Of a DNA stretch of 64,000 nt, positions 1 to 9,393 are shown piece after piece. Origin of the DNA: an uncultured Thermoplasmata archaeon (GTDB lineage: Archaea; Thermoplasmatota; Thermoplasmata; UBA10834). The translations under genes and the position numbers were made by a program. Location: positions 640,001-704,000 of the forward strand of contig CAVRDX010000001.1 in assembly GCA_963719945.1 (NCBI GenBank), written 5' to 3'. Position 1 is the first letter of the stretch; each line of letters starts with the position of its first letter. The notes under the pieces are model-generated. The model ran no database searches. It saw nothing but the letters and a program-made list of their open reading frames with translations, and was not told the DNA's origin.

Positions 1-1
1 G

Positions 2-409
2 GATGTCGGACGAGATTGGTTCAAGATCCTGAAGGAGTACCTGAAGAAGAAGGTCGAGAACGAAGGCGTCGAGATCGTGGTAATCGATTCTCTCACAGCG
101 ATATACTCCCTCGCAGCGATACCGAACCCACGGCAAGAACTGTTCCACTTCTTCGGCTTCCTGAAGAGGTTGGGAGTCACGACAATCCTGATATCGGAGA
201 CGCAGCAGAACGGCCTAGCATTCGGACCGTACAATGAGGACTTCCTCGCAGATGGGGCATTCCTGCTAAGGTTTGTTGATGTTGGAGAGACCGATGTTCA
301 ACTGAGGATCAGAGCCGTCAAGTTGAGACATTCCAAGATCCATCACGGTTATCTGACATTGCTGTACAAGGATGGGAGATTCTCGGCCACACCACCCATC
401 AGTGAGTGA
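2..409 (+). CDS. KaiC/RAD55-like RecA-superfamily ATPase, C-terminal part (5' end lies outside the window)
   Basis: Frame is open from base 2 (DVGRDWFKILKEYLKKKVENEGVEIVVIDSLT). Walker B VVIDSL, LGVTTILISE, EDFLADG and RIRAVKLRHSK are typical KaiC-domain motifs. Confidence 0.85.
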   Translation, partial: DVGRDWFKILKEYLKKKVENEGVEIVVIDSLTAIYSLAAIPNPRQELFHFFGFLKRLGVTTILISETQQNGLAFGPYNEDFLADGAFLLRFVDVGETDVQLRIRAVKLRHSKIHHGYLTLLYKDGRFSATPPISE

Positions 410-503
410 TGTTGACCGAGGACATCTTGATGAGACTGGGGAATAGCTTCAGCACCAGAGTTAGCTCATCGAGTATCCATCACATCGAGATAGAAAGGCC
501 GGC

Positions 504-899
504 TCAGAAACCGCCACGAATCTTGTTTCGGTCGATCTTGACGCCTCGTGGAGTCACCATGAGCAGGTTCTTCCCGACGCCGGCTACATCTCCACCGACG
601 TCACGAGATACGTTCTTCAGCTCGGCCGTGAGGCGCTTCATCGTCAGGTCGTCATTGGCAATCGATGTGTAGTCTATGATGACTATGTGCCCGGCATAGA
701 CCTGGCTCGTCAGGCTGGACAAATCCTCATATCTGAACATCTCTCCGACCTTGACGAGGGTCTTGACACCTTCAGCATCCATTAATCCCTCGTCCTCGAA
801 CACCATCTCAGTGAGGTCAATATATTGTTCTGCTCCCATGGTCTCCTTCTGCTCCGAATCCGGAGCGCCGGAGAATGGCTTCTTCTTCAGAATCGTCAA
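504..899 (-). CDS. sepF: Cell division protein SepF
   Basis: G-HIVIIDYT, L-K-V---V-GDVAGVGKNLLMVTP-GVKIDR matches the archaeal SepF (DUF552) core. Confidence 0.85.
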   Translation of the reverse strand: MTILKKKPFSGAPDSEQKETMGAEQYIDLTEMVFEDEGLMDAEGVKTLVKVGEMFRYEDLSSLTSQVYAGHIVIIDYTSIANDDLTMKRLTAELKNVSRDVGGDVAGVGKNLLMVTPRGVKIDRNKIRGGF

Positions 900-1025
900 G
901 GTGCATCCCTCTAGCGAGTAATCACGTTGTTTGGATATAAAGCTTGCCAGGCATGGCCAGACACCGAGTCTTTGATGTCAATCCTAAAGGGATTGACAGT
1001 GTATATGACCATCTTCATCTAGCGA

Positions 1026-1562
1026 TCAGGCAGGCTCTTCTTCGGTCACATCGTCGATCTCTTCCTTTGGCTCATCCAACATCCAGAGCTTGTCGCCCAC
1101 GTAATGCAGTGACGATGCGACCTTCCCCTTTTCCTTGCGCAAGATTGTATCTGCGGATACCAACGCTTTACCGATTGCTAGGGGCCGCTTGTTTCTGACG
1201 TCGCGTATCCAAACAAAATCCCCTTCGACGATACCAGGGTCGGCTTCCACGACCCCTGGGCCCATCACATCCGCGCCATTAGCCACGAACCTGACTGCAC
1301 CCATGTCCACCGTGATATACCGCTTCGTAGCCGGATAACCCAACAACCCCCTCACTGTGAGAAACGGCTCCCCCTGCCATACCATCGCCAATATCTTGCC
1401 GTTCACGAACACCGCATCGTATTCCGGGGCTTCCGCCATGTCAACTGTATCCTGGGGCCCAAAGACATCCGTGCCCAGGATATCCTTCAATCGAGCGGAC
1501 AAGGACTCAATCTCCTTCTGTCTCATCCTGTGCCTCTTCCTCAAACGAAGCTCGGTCATCAT
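1026..1562 (-). CDS. PUA-domain RNA-binding protein (pre-PUA/DUF1947 + PUA, MCT-1/Tma20-like)
   Basis: ITVDMGAVRFVANGADVMGPGV...PLAIG...KGK...LHYVGDKLW. Confidence 0.88.
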   Translation of the reverse strand: MMTELRLRKRHRMRQKEIESLSARLKDILGTDVFGPQDTVDMAEAPEYDAVFVNGKILAMVWQGEPFLTVRGLLGYPATKRYITVDMGAVRFVANGADVMGPGVVEADPGIVEGDFVWIRDVRNKRPLAIGKALVSADTILRKEKGKVASSLHYVGDKLWMLDEPKEEIDDVTEEEPA

Positions 1563-3688
1563 TCCGACCTCCTACCGTCATAATCTTCTGAATCACAATC
1601 TCGTGAACGAGCTTCCGCCTCAGCCGATGCGACATCCGCGCTGGCTGTCCTGCCGAGAGCGGCATAGGCTTCGGCTCTGATCCTATACGGTTCTGATTCG
1701 TCCCCGTCGATGCCCGATGCAATCAGAGAAGCATCAATGGCTGAATCAAAATCCTTGAGAACGAGCAATACGCGGGCAAGGGATGTCGCGACCACATAAT
1801 CGGAGGGGACGGCATCCAAAGCTTTCGAATATGATTCCATGGCCATCTGCCATTTCTCTGAGCGTTCTGCGATCTCGCCCAGCAATCTATGAATGGCCGG
1901 GGAAGACTTGCCGTCATGGGACAGCAGCGAGATAGCTTCCTCCGAATTGCCCTCCGCATCGAGAAGCCTTGCGTTCAAGATCATGTGACCCTCATGAGGC
2001 ACCTCCATCGTCTCGATCCGCATCATCACATCTCTAGCGGAAGATAGCCGCCCCCCACGTATGAAGTAGCTGCACAGGGCCATCTGCACGGACACATCGC
2101 TCACGGATCGGATTATGTAATCAACACTAGATGGGAGCACCATCTCATCGAGGAGGCAACGGATGTCGAGCAGTCTTATCAGAACGGATGGATCCCGAAT
2201 CCCCATCAAAACAGCGTCTTCCAGGACGGACAATGCCTCGTGATACATTCCCAGGCGCGTGAGCACCTTGGTACGTGTGATTATCGATGCGATCTCGTTC
2301 TGGGATTCCATCGACCTCATAGGCAGGCTTCTCAGGGCGTTGATATATGCCCTCCTGGCACTTTCCAGGTCTCCCATCCTGGAGAGAAGGTCACCCTTCT
2401 CGGCCCATCCGTCCCCGAAACCTGGATTGACGGACAGGGACTCATCGATAGCAAGGAGGGATTCATCCAGTCGCCCGAGGTCCCGAGCAACCTTGGAGAG
2501 CGCCTTCCATGCTTCATCGTAGTCAGGGTTTATCTCCAATGATGCCGTCATCAGATCTAGGCCTTCCTCAGGGTGTCCGGTCATCGATTTGCATACGCCC
2601 TTTGCATAGAGTGCATAATCGAAATCCGGTCTCAATTCGATGGCTCGGTCATGGAAAGGGATCGCATTCTCCCATAGACCGACCTTCTCGAGCGCATTGC
2701 CGATGTTGTTCCATGCGATCTCATATCCAGGGTCCACCCTTATGGCCTCGACGAACTTTGGTATGGATTCCGAGAATCTTCCCAGGTTGTATAGTGCATT
2801 GCCGAGATTGTTCCATAATACCCTATCATCTGCATCTATCTCAATAGCCCGAGTATAGCACTCGACGGCTTGGGATAGCCGATCGGCACCGTGCAGAGAA
2901 TAGCCTTTGTTATACCAAGCAGGCTTGTATGCAGGATCGATCTCAATCGACTTATCGAAACATTCGAGCGCTCTTGCCAATTGACCAGAGCAGAAGTATG
3001 TGTATCCGAGATTGTTGAACAATTCCTTATCATCGGGTGTGTCCTTCAGGGCCGTCTCGAAAGCCTGGATGGCATTCAAATACTCGCCCTTCTCGTGAAA
3101 TGCGGAACCCATGATTGTCAATGCCTTTGATAACCCTGGATGGATCAGAAGACATCTCTCGCCCAGAGCGATTGCCTCATCGAATAACTGCAAATCGACA
3201 TACAGTTCGGCGGCGGCCAAGAATACATCCACTTTGCCATCTGCGATGGATACGAGTTGTGTCGATGCCTTCTTCGCACGTCGATTGCGACCAAGTCGTA
3301 TGTACGAGCTAGCCAGACCATATATGTTCTGCCATCTGGAGGTGTTTAGGGATGATGCCCGCCCGTAGCATTCGGCTGCATCGAGATACAAGCCCCTCGA
3401 GTAGAGACAATTTCCCAGATTGTGCCAGGCGAGTTCGTAGTCTGGCGCCAGGTGAATGGCATACCTGTAACTCTGAGCTGCATCCTCACAGCGGCCGAGT
3501 GCGTCGAGGGACGCACCTCTATTGTTGTAGACGACCTCTGTCTCAAGACCGGATGATCGCGCCTGCTCGAAGAGCATCAGAGCCTGAGCGTATTCACCCG
3601 CATCGTATGCAGCATTGGCCTGATCGAACGCATAGGAGGGGGAAAGTCGTCTGGTGGACCCCAGCGTCCTCTGTATTTCCTGTTTCAA
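1559..3688 (-). CDS. Tetratricopeptide-repeat protein (709 aa)
   Basis: Many 34-aa TPR units (AWHNLGN, LWNNLGNALY, AWNNIGNALE, AI-IDP). Confidence 0.9.
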   Translation of the reverse strand: MKQEIQRTLGSTRRLSPSYAFDQANAAYDAGEYAQALMLFEQARSSGLETEVVYNNRGASLDALGRCEDAAQSYRYAIHLAPDYELAWHNLGNCLYSRGLYLDAAECYGRASSLNTSRWQNIYGLASSYIRLGRNRRAKKASTQLVSIADGKVDVFLAAAELYVDLQLFDEAIALGERCLLIHPGLSKALTIMGSAFHEKGEYLNAIQAFETALKDTPDDKELFNNLGYTYFCSGQLARALECFDKSIEIDPAYKPAWYNKGYSLHGADRLSQAVECYTRAIEIDADDRVLWNNLGNALYNLGRFSESIPKFVEAIRVDPGYEIAWNNIGNALEKVGLWENAIPFHDRAIELRPDFDYALYAKGVCKSMTGHPEEGLDLMTASLEINPDYDEAWKALSKVARDLGRLDESLLAIDESLSVNPGFGDGWAEKGDLLSRMGDLESARRAYINALRSLPMRSMESQNEIASIITRTKVLTRLGMYHEALSVLEDAVLMGIRDPSVLIRLLDIRCLLDEMVLPSSVDYIIRSVSDVSVQMALCSYFIRGGRLSSARDVMMRIETMEVPHEGHMILNARLLDAEGNSEEAISLLSHDGKSSPAIHRLLGEIAERSEKWQMAMESYSKALDAVPSDYVVATSLARVLLVLKDFDSAIDASLIASGIDGDESEPYRIRAEAYAALGRTASADVASAEAEARSRDCDSEDYDGRRSE

Positions 3689-3808
3689 GCATCCTTCCGA
3701 TTACACACTTGCTAGATAGCCTTTTTGACATCCGGATTAAAAGCTATGCCCACATTTCAACCGGAAAGCATCATCAACATCATGGTTGACGACAGGGGAT
3801 GCCTGATA

Positions 3809-4165
3809 TCATCGCGAATGCTTTTTCATGATTTCAATCAGTTCATCGAGATTGAACGGCTTCTGCAGAAATGCTCGGGCACCCTCGTCAAGCGACTTGG
3901 CCCTTATCGAACCATCCGCGCTGATGAAGATAACGGGAACATCGGGATCTGATTCCAGCAGTATCTTCATGGTCTCGATCCCGTTCTTCATAGGGAGGCG
4001 ATAATCAATGAGAACAAGGTCGGGTGGTTCCATGGAGGACAGACGATCGATGGCTTCGAATCCATCATAGGCCCAGCCCACCACTTCGTATCCATACCTG
4101 GGGAATATCTCGGAATACAATTCGATGAACGAGCTCTCGTCTTCGATAACGAACACCTTCTTCAT
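3809..4165 (-). CDS. Stand-alone response regulator receiver (CheY-like)
   Basis: VIEDE, PDLVLIDYRLP-KNG, FISA, FLQKPF. Confidence 0.92.
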   Translation of the reverse strand: MKKVFVIEDESSFIELYSEIFPRYGYEVVGWAYDGFEAIDRLSSMEPPDLVLIDYRLPMKNGIETMKILLESDPDVPVIFISADGSIRAKSLDEGARAFLQKPFNLDELIEIMKKHSR

Positions 4166-5646
4166 CCTGTCTCACCGCCTCCATCTTCCGATCCTGGTTC
4201 TTGACCCAGTGGTCTGCAAGGGACTAATAACTCCACGCGTGCTCCTTTTGAGAAATCATTCTCGACCCGGTCCGCGATGACGAGATCACCGCCCAATTGA
4301 TTCAGAATCGCTTTGTAGATGGACAGGTCCGACGCCACCCCTCGCGTGTATCTCTTGGAAAAGTCCAGGGGAGCGTTCAGCAATTCCTTTGTGGTGTCCG
4401 GGATTCCTTTGCCGTAATCAGACACCGCGATTCTGCATATGGAATCACTGCCCTTGACACCGCCACCGTACTGCCTATCAATCTCGATATGGACCTGAAC
4501 AGGGTCATCTTTGGAATGGATGACGGCATTCCTGAGGATTCCGTGCAACAGATTGCGCACGTATTCAGTTCCTCGGAGTTCTGACGGCCCCATCCGGGCA
4601 TCAATGGAGATGTGTATGGTCCGCGAGGATTCCTTCTCGACCATCTCAATCAGCTCATTTATCATCCGTTCATGATCGACCCTACTATAGACCAGTTCAT
4701 CGGCCGTGGCCACCTCATCGAGCCATCTGACATTCAGCACGAAAGTTGAAGCCCGCTTCAGCTGCTTGACGACACGACTGGCAGGCAACACTCCGACTCC
4801 AGAGGCACTCGCATCCTCAAACAACATCTCGGCATAAATCAGCGCAGGTGTGAGAAGATTAGCAATATCATGCGCCATGAAATCGAAGTATCTGACTGCC
4901 CGATCATGCTCCGCCCGTAAATCAGCCAATCGCTCACCCACGAGAGTCTCAAGATGGTCACGGTATTGTTCCAACTCGACCAGCAACGATTCTGCCTTTC
5001 TCCGCTCCATGTTCGCCTCATTCATGAGGCGTATGGCGTTGGCATGGGCATCCACCAATTCATTGGCCTGCTTCTGGAGGGTCGTCTCGATCGAGATCTG
5101 TGACTCGATCAACTCAAGCAGTTTAAGCTGGTCCTCCATCACACCCTCGAAAGAAAACAGCACGGACCTGAACATTTCAGCATTCGAGAGCGGAGTGGAA
5201 CTCAAGACGCATATGGTCCCAAAGAGCGAGCCATCAGGCCATTTGATCGGTGCCCCAATATAGGATATCAGACCGGGTTTGACTGCAGGACTGTTCTTCC
5301 ATCGGTCATATTTTCTCGCATCGTCGATATAGTACATCTCGCCCGATTCGAGCACCGCCTCGCAATATACATCGCCAGTGAGCGCCTGACGGTCCCCCAC
5401 ATTAAACGGGTTGCCCTTGGTTGCACTTCTAGCAACGACCTCCACCTCATTCTCGTGCGAACGCATTACCAGCGCCGCCTCTGCACCAAAGACCATAGCC
5501 AGAATGTCCGCGATGCTCTGCCACCTCTGAAGGTATTCCGGCGGAGGAGTTCGGTGGCGTTCGCCATTGATCCCATGCCCTTGCGAGGAAGACCTTTTCG
5601 AACCATCAAGGGTAGCATCCTCGGAAGGGCGGTCGCTCGTATTCAA
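4162..5646 (-). CDS. GAF-domain sensor histidine kinase
   Basis: GAF domain (YCEAV...SYIGAPIKWPDGSLFGTICVL), coiled coil, H-box MAHDIAN, N-box LRNAVIHS, G1 box SDYGKGIP. The G2 box is atypical (RGVASDL). Confidence 0.85.
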   Translation of the reverse strand: MNTSDRPSEDATLDGSKRSSSQGHGINGERHRTPPPEYLQRWQSIADILAMVFGAEAALVMRSHENEVEVVARSATKGNPFNVGDRQALTGDVYCEAVLESGEMYYIDDARKYDRWKNSPAVKPGLISYIGAPIKWPDGSLFGTICVLSSTPLSNAEMFRSVLFSFEGVMEDQLKLLELIESQISIETTLQKQANELVDAHANAIRLMNEANMERRKAESLLVELEQYRDHLETLVGERLADLRAEHDRAVRYFDFMAHDIANLLTPALIYAEMLFEDASASGVGVLPASRVVKQLKRASTFVLNVRWLDEVATADELVYSRVDHERMINELIEMVEKESSRTIHISIDARMGPSELRGTEYVRNLLHGILRNAVIHSKDDPVQVHIEIDRQYGGGVKGSDSICRIAVSDYGKGIPDTTKELLNAPLDFSKRYTRGVASDLSIYKAILNQLGGDLVIADRVENDFSKGARVELLVPCRPLGQEPGSEDGGGETG

Positions 5647-5788
5647 TCCTCAGACACCACCCTGCGATCTCGCAAGTCATATCGACTCATTGATATTTCG
5701 TCGTTTCTATGTATGTGAATCGGAATGATTCCGACTTGGCCAAAGCTTATATCCGGAATTGCATATAATTCGCCTGGGTTCATAGGTC

Positions 5789-6604
5789 ATGATAGTCTTG
5801 TTCCGACAGTCGCCCAGATCAGTCATCACCGCCCATCTGGCGACCAGGGTCCACAACGCCAAACCAGTTCTGGACGATTCTAAGAAGCAGTTCTTCTTCG
5901 AGGAGACTCTGGATGCAGACACCATCGATTACGACGTCCTCTACACTGAGTTCAAGGAGAAGTTCGGAGGTTTGGATTTCCTCGAAGACGATAGGCTGTA
6001 CGAGATTATCGAGGACGAGATATTTTGGGCGTCCCGATTCAATACGCCAGACAGATATTTCCTGATATTCAAGGTCCTGTCCCAGATAGAATCCTCTGGA
6101 ACGAGAGCATACCTAGCCCAGAGAACGCCCGAAGCAAAGGAGATGAAGGACCGTGTCCGCCGCGTCTCAGGCGAATTCAGAAGGGCGAGAGGGGTCATAT
6201 CGTTCGATGAGGATGACAAGAGCAAGATACTCATCGGCCAAGGGAGCTTTGAGCATGAAATAACAGATCTTGTGCTTAGATATCATGCAAAGAGAAGGCC
6301 AGGACACAAGGTTGCGATTGTGGGAAAAGAGGAGGCCCACATACTCGTCGATGACGACATAATAATCGAAGCGAGAAGCAGGTTCCCAGAGAAACATACA
6401 AGGAAGGATGCGAAGAGATACTGGGCAGTCCTCCTCAACCCCAAGAACATCGAATCCAAGAGAGATCCGCGATATCAGGTCGACCGACTTCCGAGGAATT
6501 ACTGGAAATGGGTGTCCGAGGGGATGCAAGAGGTCGAGAGACTTCCAAAGGTCACCCTGGATGATTTTGCTCGTGACAATGACACCGAATCAAATGAATC
6601 GTAA
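5789..6604 (+). CDS. DUF4130-like (putative DNA metabolism) protein
   Basis: RRVSGEFRRARG-ISF, EHEITDLVLRYH-KRRP and the C-terminal YW...NIESKRDPRYQ--RLPRNYWKW resemble the DUF4130/TIGR03915 pattern. Confidence 0.65.
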   Translation: MIVLFRQSPRSVITAHLATRVHNAKPVLDDSKKQFFFEETLDADTIDYDVLYTEFKEKFGGLDFLEDDRLYEIIEDEIFWASRFNTPDRYFLIFKVLSQIESSGTRAYLAQRTPEAKEMKDRVRRVSGEFRRARGVISFDEDDKSKILIGQGSFEHEITDLVLRYHAKRRPGHKVAIVGKEEAHILVDDDIIIEARSRFPEKHTRKDAKRYWAVLLNPKNIESKRDPRYQVDRLPRNYWKWVSEGMQEVERLPKVTLDDFARDNDTESNES

Positions 6605-6703
6605 ATTGCCACCTCATTCTCACAAATCGTAGCAACTCACAAACCTTCATAAGGTGCAACGCCCTTTTTACTGCGCCCAGGGGCCCATCAAAGAGGTTGA
6701 ACC

Positions 6704-7423
6704 TTGACCGGAACCGATACTAAGAAGAGTACACGCAATCTTGCGATCTTCATGGACCTGCTCGGCCACGATATTCAAAACAGCAACCAGGCAGTCCTGA
6801 GTTATCTTGAACTCATCATATCGTCCCCAGCAGCGGATGAGAAGACAAAGAAATACGCGGTGAGAGCTGCATCTCAGATGAGGGCCTCATCAATTCTGGT
6901 AGACAACATGAAGAGCCTCATGTCGATAGGCGACATCCACGAAAGTAATCTGCCGGATGTGGATTTGAAGCAGGTGATAGAGCAATCCACATCCAAACTA
7001 CAGGGATTGTTCTTGGACAGACGGATCAGAATCGATTATTCGGGCGTTGCAGCGGGCACGGCCGTCCCTGTGGGAGCATATGCCAACGAGCTGTTCGACA
7101 GCCTGCTCATGAACATCGTACATCTAAGCAAGAATGAAGAGATATCAATCAGGATCGATTCACAAAAGGATGTCATAGAAGATACACCAAGCTGGCGCAT
7201 TTGCATCATAACGTCGGACATGAACATGCCTACGATGATCGTGCACGATCTCGCGAACATATCCTCATCTGATGACCTGTCCAAAATCGTTCGCATATCC
7301 GGCATCTATTTTGCTGGGACGATGGCAAAGGCACTAGGAGGTAAACTTGAGATGATTACTTCCGAAGATGGATCAGGATGTACGTTCACATTGATGCTGA
7401 GGATAGGTGGTGCTCATGACTAG
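6704..7423 (+). CDS. Histidine-kinase-like protein: H-box intact, no sensor domain, degenerate ATP-binding domain
   Basis: DLLGHDIQNSNQAV H-box at the very N-terminus; LLMNIV N-box; no DxGxG; KALGGKL...GSGCTFTLML end of a HATPase fold. Confidence 0.7.
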   Translation: MTGTDTKKSTRNLAIFMDLLGHDIQNSNQAVLSYLELIISSPAADEKTKKYAVRAASQMRASSILVDNMKSLMSIGDIHESNLPDVDLKQVIEQSTSKLQGLFLDRRIRIDYSGVAAGTAVPVGAYANELFDSLLMNIVHLSKNEEISIRIDSQKDVIEDTPSWRICIITSDMNMPTMIVHDLANISSSDDLSKIVRISGIYFAGTMAKALGGKLEMITSEDGSGCTFTLMLRIGGAHD

Positions 7424-7778
7424 TGTCATGATCGTTGATGATGAGCTGTTCATCGTCGAGTTATACAGGGATATACTTCAGCTCAGAGGATACAAGGTCA
7501 TGATAACCGCTTTCGACGGTGAGGAAGCCGTTAGAAAATATAGCTCGACCGCTGAGAAGCCGGATGTGATAATAATGGATCATAGGATGCCGGTGATGAA
7601 CGGCGTCGAGGCCACAAAGGAGATAATGAGGGAAAATCCCAAGCAGAAGATTGTCTTTGTGAGCGCGGATGTGATGGTGGAGAAGGAGGCGCGGGATGCT
7701 GGAGCATCTGAGTTCCTGCCTAAACCGTTCAGGATGGACGACCTGATCGAGAAGATGGAGCGATTATCTCCTCCATGA
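7416..7778 (+). CDS. Stand-alone response regulator receiver
   Basis: IVDDE, PDVIIMDHRMPVMNG, FVSA, FLPKPF. Overlaps the upstream stop codon. Confidence 0.92.
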   Translation: MTSVMIVDDELFIVELYRDILQLRGYKVMITAFDGEEAVRKYSSTAEKPDVIIMDHRMPVMNGVEATKEIMRENPKQKIVFVSADVMVEKEARDAGASEFLPKPFRMDDLIEKMERLSPP

Positions 7779-7884
7779 ACTTCAGATAGGTACGTGCGTA
7801 CTGGCATAAATATTCTTGAATACGTATACAAACCGATAAGTTGAAGAACAGGACCAGCATATTAGGAGAAGGTTGTGCGCAAGG

Positions 7885-8949
7885 ATGTTGGAAAGCTTTA
7901 CCAAGGCAAGGGCAATGAACTTTCCCCGGCAGGTGCTAGCTGGTCACGGTGTAGTTGAAGAGATAGGCACCATGTGCGAGGGGTTCGAGCTTAAAGACAC
8001 CGCACTCATAGTCACCGGTCAGACCACAGGCTCAATCGCAGCCAAGCAGGTCGAGGACATTCTGTCATCCGCCAAGTATGAAGTGCACAAGATCGTCACA
8101 GGCGAGGCGAGCAGGACGAACATCGTGAAGGTTGAGGAAGTCGCCAAGGATGTCAAGGCGGGTTTCCTCCTCGGAGTCGGGGGAGGAAGTAAGATCGACC
8201 TCGCGAAGATTGCATCATTCAACCTTAAAGTACCGTTCCTCAGCGTTCCAACATCCGCTTCCCATGATGGCATCGCAAGTCCCAGAGCGTCGATCAAGGA
8301 CGACGGGAATTCGCTGTCATTGAACGCCAGCGTCCCGATGGGTGTCGTTGCAGATACCTCATTGATTTTCAGAGCGCCCTACAGACTATTGGCATCCGGA
8401 TGTGCAGATGTCATATCGAACACCGCTGCAATCCTGGATTGGGAGCTCGCGCAGAGGCTCAGGAGCGAGAGTTTCAGCTCGAGTGCAGCTAATCTCGCCA
8501 AATACGCCGCAGAATCAATCATCGAGAACGCAGCCATGATCAAACCCAACCTCGAAGAGAGCGTGTGGGTTGCAATCAGGCCAATAATAATCTCTGGCGT
8601 CTCGATGTCCGTAGCAGGTTCCTCCAGGCCCACAAGTGGGTCAGAGCATATGTTCTCACATGTTCTCGATAAAATCGCGCCGGGCAAGGCTCTCCACGGA
8701 GAGCAGTGCGGCGTCGGGTCAATCATGATGATGTACCTCCATGGAGGGAATTGGCAGAGAATACGAGACGCCCTCCTGAGCATAGGTGCTCCCACTAACG
8801 CAAAGGATATGGGAATCACCAACGAGCAGGTAATAGAAGCCCTCGTGCACGCGCACGAGATAAGGAAGGATAGGTACACCATCCTCGGAGACAGAGGATT
8901 GACACCCGACGCAGCGGAACGCCTAGCGTCAATAACCAAAGTGATATGA
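7885..8949 (+). CDS. egsA: sn-glycerol-1-phosphate dehydrogenase
   Basis: GVGGGSKIDLAK, SVPTSASHDGIASP, SSRPTSGSEHMFSH, LHGEQCG, RYTILG. Confidence 0.95.
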   Translation: MLESFTKARAMNFPRQVLAGHGVVEEIGTMCEGFELKDTALIVTGQTTGSIAAKQVEDILSSAKYEVHKIVTGEASRTNIVKVEEVAKDVKAGFLLGVGGGSKIDLAKIASFNLKVPFLSVPTSASHDGIASPRASIKDDGNSLSLNASVPMGVVADTSLIFRAPYRLLASGCADVISNTAAILDWELAQRLRSESFSSSAANLAKYAAESIIENAAMIKPNLEESVWVAIRPIIISGVSMSVAGSSRPTSGSEHMFSHVLDKIAPGKALHGEQCGVGSIMMMYLHGGNWQRIRDALLSIGAPTNAKDMGITNEQVIEALVHAHEIRKDRYTILGDRGLTPDAAERLASITKVI

Positions 8950-8958
8950 TGAAAAAGG

Positions 8959-9393
8959 GTGTCGGATATGGTACTGGTCACAGTCGTCGGAGAGCTTCAA
9001 TGCAAGAGAGGTTTCGAATTCGTCTTCGGTGGTTCCCTTGCGGAATGCAGGGATTGCAAGGTGAAGAATATCTGTTTCCACCTCGATGAGAACAAATGGT
9101 ACAGGATAACGGACATCAGAGATGTCCGACATGAGTGCAAGGTCCACGAGGGAGGCGTTCGTGTCGTGGAAGTCGAGCGGATACCTTCCAGAGCAGCGAT
9201 ACCATCCAGAGCCGCGCTGCAGGGGTCTACGGTGACTTATGAGGCGGTCGACTGCCACCGGGTTGGATGCCCCAACTATAAGATGTGCAGACCTCCAGGC
9301 ACAGTGGATGGTACCAGATTCAAGATAATCTCGATCAATGGCGACATCGAATGTCCTTCGGGAAAGAGCCTCAAGGCCGTCTCGCTCGAATGA
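8959..9393 (+). CDS. UPF0179 family protein
   Basis: Cys pattern C--C-VK--C, ECKVHEGGVRVVEV, C---C---C-P and terminal ECP-G; usual neighbour of egsA. The start may instead be the ATG at 8968. Confidence 0.85.
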   Translation: MSDMVLVTVVGELQCKRGFEFVFGGSLAECRDCKVKNICFHLDENKWYRITDIRDVRHECKVHEGGVRVVEVERIPSRAAIPSRAALQGSTVTYEAVDCHRVGCPNYKMCRPPGTVDGTRFKIISINGDIECPSGKSLKAVSLE

